DNA of 64,000 nt, taken from NCBI GenBank assembly GCA_965215015.1, contig OZ244042.1, forward strand, positions 5,056,001 through 5,120,000, read 5' to 3'. The notes below the pieces were generated by a model, which worked only from the letters and a program-made list of their open reading frames with translations, had not been told where the DNA came from and ran no database searches. Below, one piece after another: positions 10,274 to 17,940 of the stretch. How positions within the stretch are numbered: the stretch's first letter is position 1; every line of letters starts with the position of its first letter. The DNA is from Candidatus Poribacteria bacterium. Its GTDB lineage: Bacteria; Poribacteria; WGA-4E; PCPOR2b. Position numbers and translations under genes: made by a program.

Positions 10274-10948
10274 TTAAGAGACAGATATAACCTCTGGAGC
10301 AATACCTAAGAGCCAGATAATTATTGCCCCAAAACATGCCTTGGTCCTATCTGTACCGGCGAAAACACGGATGGCTATCGTCAGTACAGCGAGATACCAT
10401 AAGCTCAAAGGATTAAAGTGACTCAGAAACGTCAGCAACTTGACGCTTTCACTTGAACCCAACAGCAGATGCAACCCCGGAATTATTTTCATATCTGCTG
10501 CGCTCTTGATAGCTTCAACATCCCTAAAAACGACTAGCAATGCTGTATTAACTAGGGCTATCAGGAAGCTGATCAACGAGGTATGTACAACGGCTGAGTA
10601 GATGTGTCTAAATGTTATCGCACCATTTATCCCGAAAAGACGTGCTGCCAAGGTCAGTATCGCGCTTATAACGAGGAGCCAAATAATCGGTGCCACAAGC
10701 GAACTAATAAGAACAACTATTTGGCTAATTTTTAGTGAGATTTCAATTTGCTCAGAGGGCACTCCTCCCTCTGTCATTTGTTGGTGTATAAGCTGTTCGG
10801 TAAAGGGTAACATAGCCCACCCAACCCCAACAGCAAACAGACAAAGGATAATCATTGCCAATCCCCACTTCGGCCCCGATTTGAGGCGTGCAAACGCGGC
10901 ACTCGGTTCAGCGAGAATATCCACGATATTTTGCCAGCTGTCTTTCAT
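10274..10948 (-). CDS. Yip1-domain membrane protein
   Basis: N-terminal P..AF..L...P.W pattern and about five hydrophobic helices. Confidence 0.7.
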   Translation of the reverse strand: MKDSWQNIVDILAEPSAAFARLKSGPKWGLAMIILCLFAVGVGWAMLPFTEQLIHQQMTEGGVPSEQIEISLKISQIVVLISSLVAPIIWLLVISAILTLAARLFGINGAITFRHIYSAVVHTSLISFLIALVNTALLVVFRDVEAIKSAADMKIIPGLHLLLGSSESVKLLTFLSHFNPLSLWYLAVLTIAIRVFAGTDRTKACFGAIIIWLLGIAPEVISVS

Positions 10949-11074
10949 AATTTCCCCCTTTATTCGGTTTGGACCTCCGCGCGTGGCGTTCGAGAATCGC
11001 TACCATAGGAGACTCTTATTAAGGGAGGCCGCATGATTTCAGATATCATAACAGATTCTGCAACAGAAGGTAAG

Positions 11075-11178
11075 AATTTTCGTCGTCTGCTTACAACAAA
11101 ACCTAAGTGGTTGCAATACCATTTGATTGATTGATCGAGATTGCTCACTCTAACGCGCGTGTGTAAAAAGATAGCCAT
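11075..11178 (-). pseudogene. VOC/glyoxalase (lactoylglutathione lyase-like) N-terminal fragment
   Basis: MAIFLHTRVRVSNLDQSIKWYCNHLGF is the classic glyoxalase I start; similarity ends after about 33 aa. Confidence 0.65.
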
Positions 11179-11212
11179 TCTAATTCCCTTTCTGCGTTTG
11201 GGGCGTCAAAAA

Positions 11213-11558
11213 AGACGGACCCCCCTCAGTCCCCCCGCAAGCAGGGGGAAGGGGAGCGGAAAAAAAAGAAAACGAGAGAACAGGCTTCCCGTCTTTCCGC
11301 GCGTCAGGGAAGGTTCCGGTGCAGTAAACATTCCCTTTAGAGGGTAACGGCATCGGGACTGGTGTCCACTCCCCCTCCTGGCGGGGGGGCGATTTTATGT
11401 TAAATTCAGAGAAAAGCTCCTATCCACTCATTGGGTTCTGGTATTCTATAAGACGGCCCCCCCTCAGTCCCCCCGCAAGCAGGGGGAGGGGGAACGGAAA
11501 AAAAAGAAAACGAGAGAACAGGCTTCCCGTCTTTCCGCGCGTCAGGGAAGGTTCCGGT
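11213..11558. repeat. Two near-identical 108-bp direct repeats (11213-11320, 11451-11558)
   Basis: agacgg.ccccctcagtccccccgcaagcaggggga...caggcttcccgtctttccgcgcgtcagggaaggttccggt occurs twice, 130 bp apart. Confidence 0.9.
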
Positions 11559-11605
11559 TTCGTTCGCAATTTCCGTATGGCTAAAGTGAAACAAGCCGAT
11601 CTGGT

Positions 11606-14600
11606 TTATTTCAGTATCAACATCCGCCGTGTCTCTGTGAATGTGCCTGCTGTCAGTGTGTAAAAATAGAGCCCACTGGCGACAGACTCACCCAGCTGAT
11701 TCCGTCCGTCCCAATATACCGCACGGTTTTGACTCTGATATATACCTGCGCCTCGATGTCCCACGGCTAAACGGCGCACTACCTCCCCGTTCATATCATA
11801 GATGGTCAGCGTGACTTCTGCCGATTCTGCTAATTGATACGGTATCCATGTCTCCGGGTTAAACGGATTCGGATAGTTTGCCAATAATGCAGTCTCTTCA
11901 GGAATCAACGCGGCTAACAGGTTTTGGAGATTTGCGATACCCTGTTTGAAGGCAAGCGACCCGTCATCTGCCACCTGTGCCTGTGCAATCCATGCCGCTA
12001 TGGTCTCAGGATTTACCCCCAGTGAGGAAGGTGCCGGGGCGGCAGGTGCTGTGGTGTTCCCGATCCCCTGCGCGATGCCGATAAGGTCAAGGATGCTGAC
12101 AACACCATCTCGGTTGACATCTACCGGTGAGTTGGGGGCCACCTTTTTCCCCAATTGCTGTGCGACGAGAATGAGATCCAAAATACTGACAACGCCATCT
12201 CGATTCACGTCCCCGGTCGCCAGGCGTCCCTCGACAGCGATGCGAATTTGACGCGGTCCTGCAGGAATAGTATCGCCGGTGATGGAGCCGAACTGGAAAT
12301 TCTGCAGCACCAACTCGGTTTCACCGGCAGATTTCGCCCTGAACCTGACCTGCAGCAGGGTGCCGGTGCCATTTACACCTTGGGCAGCCAATCGCGCCGC
12401 ACTGAGCCCTGAGATTTTACCTGCCGCGTTATCGATGCTCTTCCCCTGAAAGAAGGTGGAGCCCCCGTCTACCTTCAGGAAATCGCCTTCGTTCACGTCA
12501 ATGGCTTCGAGGGCAGCCGGGTCAAAGGCAATATCGAACTGCCAGCCTGCCAAGTCGGAGACGGTTTCGGCGCGAAGATCAAGGGTAAAGGTATCACCTG
12601 TATGAATGGGTGTCTTGGAAAAAGCGTATCCGACACCGGGGTTTGCCACTGTATATTCGGTGCCGGGTTCAAACCCGAAAAAGGCATTATACTGGGCTCT
12701 AACGGCTACCAATAGCACATTTCTTCCCTGCTTCAGTGTGACCGGCAGAGAATCCGTGTAACCGAAACTCGCATGGTAACGGAGAGACTCGTAAATCAGA
12801 GTCCCGTTGAGCCAGACCTTAAAGTCGTTATGACTGCCAACGTATAGTGTTGTGTCCTGTTGTCGTGGTGAATGCAAGGACACCGTGCCGTAGAGGCTGG
12901 CACCATCGATGTGGCCGTCAAGCATTTGGCGAACATTAGCCCAACCCGTAGGCGGGAGTGTGCGGTAGGTCCACACATCATCGCCTACAGAACTTCCCAC
13001 GGTTGCCCCATGGGTAGCAATCTCCGTCTCTGTTACCGCCCCGCCGCTCACTTCTGACAGTAAGTCCTTACTGCTACTCGGTCTTGTTTCCGGTAATACA
13101 ACCCATAACCACGGCCCCTCGATTGACGGTCCCACTTTTGGGAATCCGGGATTGTCATGCCAAACGAACGTCGTTATATTCTCGCCGAATCCCTGCAGCG
13201 GAGAAATGTCAGAAATCTCGTTGTCATGGATCACTAGCCATTTCAAGTTGGTTGCCCCTGCAAGGGGGGATATATCCGATATATTGTTGTTCGCGAGATT
13301 CATACGAGTTAGCTGTGTTAACCCTGCAAGGGGGGAGAGATTCGATATGTCGTTGTCCCGAAAATGCAGTTCCTTCAAGCCGGTTAGGCCTGCTAAAGGC
13401 GTGAGATCTGATATCTTTCCGCCGTGCATAGTTATCACCTCCAGTTTTGTTAAGCCCGCCAAGGGCGATAAATCGGATATAGAGCTGCCCCAACCACCAC
13501 TAATGCGTTTGAGGTTGATTAATCCTGAAACCGGCGACAGGTCGGAGATATTATCACTTCCCAAATGTAACACCTCCAGATTGATTAATCCGGCAATTGG
13601 CAATAGGTTAGATACCAAAGTGTGTTGAAACGTAAGGAGAGTGAGATTTGTTAAGTTCCTCACAGGAGATATATCGGATACCGAAGTGTGATGAAACTCA
13701 AGGTAAGTGAGATTGGTTAAGTTCCTCACGGGAGATATATCGGATACCAAAGTGTGCTGAAACTCAAGGTGAGTGAGATTGGTTAAGTTCCTCACAGGCG
13801 ATATATCGGATACCGAAGTATGATAAAACACAAGGCGAGTGAGATTTGTTAGGCCTCTCACAGGCGATATATCGGACAAGAGGTTGTCGTGAATCCGGAG
13901 ATCGCGCAGTTCGATCAAGCCCGCTAGCGGTGAGAGGTCGGAGACCTGATTGTCGTTAATATTTAACCGTGTCAGATTGGTCGCAAACTGCAGCCCTGTC
14001 AAATCACGGATGCCCCTGTTCGGCACATCGAGTCTTCCTAACCTTGCCATATCCTCGGCAGTAATCGGAGTATTGGGGCTCTTGTCCAGTGCCTCCGCTA
14101 TTGCCGCACGCAGGTTTGGGTCCGGGATAGACACAACCGTACCCGGTATCCCTACCGGCGGTGTTATCGCCGTGGGAGGGGTGAAACGCTCCGGGAAATC
14201 CAACGCAAAAACTATATCCCGAAAACTCGATGTCCATGTGTCCCGTTTCATACTTCCATTCTCACTGTCTAACACCAGCAAACCGATGTCCTGTAGCCCT
14301 ATATTCTCACGTATCTTTTCCAAGAACGCCCCCGGCTCTAACCCAACCGCGGCTGCGGCGTGTGCTGTGTCTACCTCCTCCTGAAATGCCTCGTGGAAAC
14401 GGGCAATCGGTTCTATATCATCAAACGCACCGCCCGTCGCTTCAAGGGCACCCCTGTACCGGTTCATATCTTCACTTATGAGCGCGTCCAGCTCTGATTT
14501 TGCCACGTAGAGCCGCAACGCCTGCGCTTTGTCATAAGTGGGGGCGGCATTACTCGCTATCACCGAACGGACTTGGTCCTCAAAGGGCTTCATACCCTCT

Positions 14601-15871
14601 GTGTGGCAACCGAAACAGGATAAACCATTCCGCACCGTCGGATCACTCGCTGCGGGATTAGAAACAATGTTTATCGGTGCCTCATTTAGGCGGAAACCGG
14701 CCCCATTGGCAAGGTAGTATCCCTGTAACCCGTTGGGTAGGTTGAAGATAACCTCACCACCATCGTGGGTGAATGACAGGGGGTGGGTGAAGATGTTCTG
14801 TGTACCCACACTCCCCGCAAAGTCGTAACTTTTCCAATAGGCACCATAGCGAGAGGTGTGGCGTTCTATCACTCGGTTGTGATTGGAGACACCCGAATTG
14901 TTGGTGCCTGCCCGCCAGACACGCACCCCCGGTGCATTTTGGAGGTTACGGACAACATCGACTTCCAATCGGGTCTCTAACTCTCTATCTGTTAATGGGA
15001 GAGAGAGTAAATCATGGTAGAGTGGAGGTAAAGAGGCTTGTGCTATAAACCAGTCGACATGAACCGATGGTATATCAGATTTCATCTCCGTCTGTAACCG
15101 GGTGAGTTGGGCCCGTAGTGCGGTCTGTGTCGGTGCATCAAACCCGATGTGATAGGGATATGCTGCTTCTATCTGCCCCCACCCATCATTGCGATCCCAC
15201 TCGTAGTGTCGCAGGTCAATGTAGAGGATGGTGCCTTGGCGGTCAATGGGTTGTGGGTTGGTGACGGTACTCCCCCATGAGAGGCTATTGACCAGTTTGG
15301 AGAGTCCGTTACGATAGCCGTCAAGAGCGCGCGTTGTCTCACCTGCGTTATAGAGGTGTGTCATTGTGAAGTACCGGGCAAAGGCACGGTCAAACGGTGC
15401 AAGCGACATGACGTGAGTCTCGATGGTATTGAGTATTTCACCGGGGGAGATAAAGCGTCTATCGGCTGCGGGGATTGCCGCCCAATCGGGTGCGCCAGCG
15501 AATATCCAGTTTCGGATGGTGGCAATCGCTTGAGTGGATAGCCGGGGTTGTCCAAGGGGCATCCGTTTGGCTATCTCAGTCGTCAGGAGCCGGTTATACA
15601 GTTCGGAGGCATTGGGGTTTCCGGGGACCACTGTCCCGTTTTCGATGAGTGAGTTGTGTTCCATTAGGAGTGTCTCTCGATAGGCACCGTCGGGTCCGTG
15701 GCAGATGAGGCAGCTCTGTTGAAAAATAGCGTAGGCATCTTGGGCAATCTGTTGTTGGGGGTATACATTTTGATAACCTACGATGCACATCAATAGACTA
15801 ATAAGTGTGATACGGTGCTGCCGTTGTTTGCAAATTCCGATCAAATAGGAAATGAAATGACGCTTAAACAT
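11606..15871 (-). CDS. Large secreted multidomain protein: planctomycete-type cytochrome c, second CxxCH domain, internalin-like LRRs, beta-sandwich, cohesin, dockerin, FlgD-Ig-like C-terminus
   Basis: CLICH and CFGCH heme motifs; IPDPNLR LRR cap and SDISP..LTNL repeats; LAGWQFDIAFDP cohesin-like; GDVNRDGVVSILDL twice (dockerin); NYPNPFNPETWIPY...WDGRN C-terminus. ATG at 15871 chosen because the longer GTG start lies in an IS inverted repeat. Confidence 0.85.
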   Translation of the reverse strand: MFKRHFISYLIGICKQRQHRITLISLLMCIVGYQNVYPQQQIAQDAYAIFQQSCLICHGPDGAYRETLLMEHNSLIENGTVVPGNPNASELYNRLLTTEIAKRMPLGQPRLSTQAIATIRNWIFAGAPDWAAIPAADRRFISPGEILNTIETHVMSLAPFDRAFARYFTMTHLYNAGETTRALDGYRNGLSKLVNSLSWGSTVTNPQPIDRQGTILYIDLRHYEWDRNDGWGQIEAAYPYHIGFDAPTQTALRAQLTRLQTEMKSDIPSVHVDWFIAQASLPPLYHDLLSLPLTDRELETRLEVDVVRNLQNAPGVRVWRAGTNNSGVSNHNRVIERHTSRYGAYWKSYDFAGSVGTQNIFTHPLSFTHDGGEVIFNLPNGLQGYYLANGAGFRLNEAPINIVSNPAASDPTVRNGLSCFGCHTEGMKPFEDQVRSVIASNAAPTYDKAQALRLYVAKSELDALISEDMNRYRGALEATGGAFDDIEPIARFHEAFQEEVDTAHAAAAVGLEPGAFLEKIRENIGLQDIGLLVLDSENGSMKRDTWTSSFRDIVFALDFPERFTPPTAITPPVGIPGTVVSIPDPNLRAAIAEALDKSPNTPITAEDMARLGRLDVPNRGIRDLTGLQFATNLTRLNINDNQVSDLSPLAGLIELRDLRIHDNLLSDISPVRGLTNLTRLVFYHTSVSDISPVRNLTNLTHLEFQHTLVSDISPVRNLTNLTYLEFHHTSVSDISPVRNLTNLTLLTFQHTLVSNLLPIAGLINLEVLHLGSDNISDLSPVSGLINLKRISGGWGSSISDLSPLAGLTKLEVITMHGGKISDLTPLAGLTGLKELHFRDNDISNLSPLAGLTQLTRMNLANNNISDISPLAGATNLKWLVIHDNEISDISPLQGFGENITTFVWHDNPGFPKVGPSIEGPWLWVVLPETRPSSSKDLLSEVSGGAVTETEIATHGATVGSSVGDDVWTYRTLPPTGWANVRQMLDGHIDGASLYGTVSLHSPRQQDTTLYVGSHNDFKVWLNGTLIYESLRYHASFGYTDSLPVTLKQGRNVLLVAVRAQYNAFFGFEPGTEYTVANPGVGYAFSKTPIHTGDTFTLDLRAETVSDLAGWQFDIAFDPAALEAIDVNEGDFLKVDGGSTFFQGKSIDNAAGKISGLSAARLAAQGVNGTGTLLQVRFRAKSAGETELVLQNFQFGSITGDTIPAGPRQIRIAVEGRLATGDVNRDGVVSILDLILVAQQLGKKVAPNSPVDVNRDGVVSILDLIGIAQGIGNTTAPAAPAPSSLGVNPETIAAWIAQAQVADDGSLAFKQGIANLQNLLAALIPEETALLANYPNPFNPETWIPYQLAESAEVTLTIYDMNGEVVRRLAVGHRGAGIYQSQNRAVYWDGRNQLGESVASGLYFYTLTAGTFTETRRMLILK
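13600..13880 (-). repeat. 66-bp tandem repeats encoding 22-aa LRR units
   Basis: HTSVSDISPVRNLTNLT / HTLVSDISPVRNLTNLT alternate; DNA units are near-identical. Confidence 0.85.
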
Positions 15872-15924
15872 AGGGAGTGTCTCCTTATAGATAGTTTTTC
15901 TGAGGCCTTTGCTGGGTATCAGCT

Positions 15925-16794
15925 TCACTTACCCCCATTTTTTTGAGAGTTGTAATGTTGGTTGTTTTTGAGAGTTTTAGATATGAGAAAGGGTTGTCAG
16001 ATATGGTAAAATACCTCCCTGTCTAAAACCTATCTAAAATAACCATTGTTTTAAACAAGGAGGTATTATGAAAGGCACCCACCGCCATAAGCCGGTGAAT
16101 CCCAGTTCTATGATAACCACTCTGACCGAGATTGTCAACCCCGTATTGAAAAGACCGGCGTTAAAAAACCTGATACTCAACAGATTCCGTTTGTCATCCG
16201 GGTGTGTCGTAACGCGCGTATGACCGTCTGGGGAACTGTTAAAAAGGCAGAACAGTTGCAGGCAACGGGCTTCTATCCACAGATTCTCTATCACTTAACC
16301 GAGCAGATTCGACTCAACCTGTATGTCGTCAGAGAGGCGCGGTTTGCTGAACCGATGCATCTGATTTCAAGTCATCTGACGGGGTGTCAAATACACCACT
16401 ATTATAAGCGAAGAATGCAGATTGAACACGGCTTTCGGGACATCAAGACCGGCTTTGGCTTTGGCAGCTTGAGACTCAAAAAACCGTCAAAAGCCCGCAT
16501 CAACCTGTTATGGCTCTTAGCTTGTCTCAGTTATGGCTTACTGTTTATCACTTATCAAAAGTCAGGAGACCGATGGGCAAAAGCATTCAACACACGGACA
16601 AAAATCTACTCACTGATTACGGTCATAAAGCGAGTGGCTGCTGAGGCATGGCGCGGGTGGTGTCTCAATCCCTGGTTCACACTCCCACTGTGCAGGGGAG
16701 ATACATACAAACACACTTAATGACAACTATTCTCACTATCCTAACTCATAAAAATACATCAAATCTATACACAAAAAAAAATGGGGGTAAATGA
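15925..16794 (+). mobile_element. Internally deleted IS4-like insertion sequence
   Basis: Terminal inverted repeats tcacttacccccatttttttg (15925) and caaaaaaaaatgggggtaaatga (ends 16794) enclose transposase fragments. Confidence 0.8.
16068..16720 (+). pseudogene. IS4-family DDE transposase remnant
   Basis: RBS aggagg + ATG 16068, out of frame with the C-terminal piece carrying YYKRRMQIEHGFRDIK (Y-R-E-K signature). Much too short for a full transposase. Confidence 0.8.
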
Positions 16795-16887
16795 GAAGAA
16801 TTTTCTGATAGCGCGGCTACACCTATGACTGATCCAACAAAATGCAGTTGTCTTTCTTTGGGCACCATGCCATAATATCGACTCATC

Positions 16888-17445
16888 ATGGAAAAATTAC
16901 AAAATCCCATCCCTATTTACACCATCGGCTACGGCAGCCGTTCGATCGAACAGTTTATCGAAGTGCTACAACAGCATAAAATTGCCTACCTTATTGACGT
17001 GCGTTCAACTCCCTATTCTCGCTACAAACCTGAATTTTCCAGAGAGGCACTAGCGGCGGAGCTACAACGACACCGGATTCGGTATGTGTTCATGGGAGCC
17101 ACACTGGGCGGGCAGCCCGATAACGAAGATTGTTATGATGAGAACGGACAGGTAGACTACCAAAAAGTGAAGGATACCAAAAACTACCAGAGGGGGATTG
17201 AACGTCTCCAAACGGCTTTTGATCAGCAACAATGCGTGGCTCTCATGTGTAGCGAGGGCAAGCCGGAGCAGTGTCATCGGAGCAAACTCATCGGAGCATC
17301 GCTCGATGAACAGGACATCTCCTTGATTCACATTGACGAAAACGATGAACAGCAGACACAGGAGAAAGTCATTGACAGACTAACGGGAGGACAACTGCGG
17401 CTGTTTGGTGAAGACACATTCCACTCGCGCAAGCAGTACCGGTAA
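16888..17445 (+). CDS. DUF488 family protein
   Basis: IYTIGY, LIDVRSTPYS, LGG, ALMCSEGKPEQCHR motifs. Confidence 0.88.
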   Translation: MEKLQNPIPIYTIGYGSRSIEQFIEVLQQHKIAYLIDVRSTPYSRYKPEFSREALAAELQRHRIRYVFMGATLGGQPDNEDCYDENGQVDYQKVKDTKNYQRGIERLQTAFDQQQCVALMCSEGKPEQCHRSKLIGASLDEQDISLIHIDENDEQQTQEKVIDRLTGGQLRLFGEDTFHSRKQYR

Positions 17446-17451
17446 TTTGCC

Positions 17452-17940
17452 ATGAAACCTAAAATTGTCACCATCGGCGTATACGGGTTTGATGAAGATA
17501 GTTTCTTTGCCGCTTTATGCAAGGCAAAGGTGGATACCTTCTGTGATATTCGCAACCGGCGGGGTGTGCGGGGTTCAACCTATGCGTTCGCTAACAGCCT
17601 GCGTTTGCAAGGACGGCTCGCAGAACTCGGTATCCGCTACATCTATCGCAAGGACCTCGCACCCACCAAAGCGGTTCGGGATAGGCAAGCGGCAGCGGAT
17701 AAAGCGACGAAAACCGCCAAACGCAAACGCACAGCATTAGGAGAGGCGTTTATTACGGCGTACCACACCGAATGCCTCGCAATGTTTGACTCACACAATC
17801 TACTAGAAGACCTTGAAGAGGGCACACAGGTTGTAGCTCTCTTTTGTGTTGAAAAAGATCCCGAGGCGTGCCACCGCTCGCTGGTAGCAGATAAACTAGC
17901 AAAAGAACTGAAACTGGAAGTGGAGAATATTGTGCCATGA
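17452..17940 (+). CDS. DUF488 family protein (second subtype)
   Basis: IVTIGVYG, DIRNRRGVRG, LAPT, ALFCVEKDPEACHRS motifs. Confidence 0.85.
   Translation: MKPKIVTIGVYGFDEDSFFAALCKAKVDTFCDIRNRRGVRGSTYAFANSLRLQGRLAELGIRYIYRKDLAPTKAVRDRQAAADKATKTAKRKRTALGEAFITAYHTECLAMFDSHNLLEDLEEGTQVVALFCVEKDPEACHRSLVADKLAKELKLEVENIVP

Noticed and set aside
11213-11558. Mini CRISPR array
   Set aside because: Only two units, 108 bp long, containing a REP-type hairpin.
13600-13880. Diversity-generating retroelement VR/TR pair
   Set aside because: The repeats are in-frame LRR units and no reverse transcriptase is present.
15872-15928. Longest-ORF starts for the LRR gene (also 3868, 8795, 26282, 27244, 32238)
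   Set aside because: The extensions overlap IS ends or neighbouring genes or look non-coding; internal starts fit family N-termini or RBS better.
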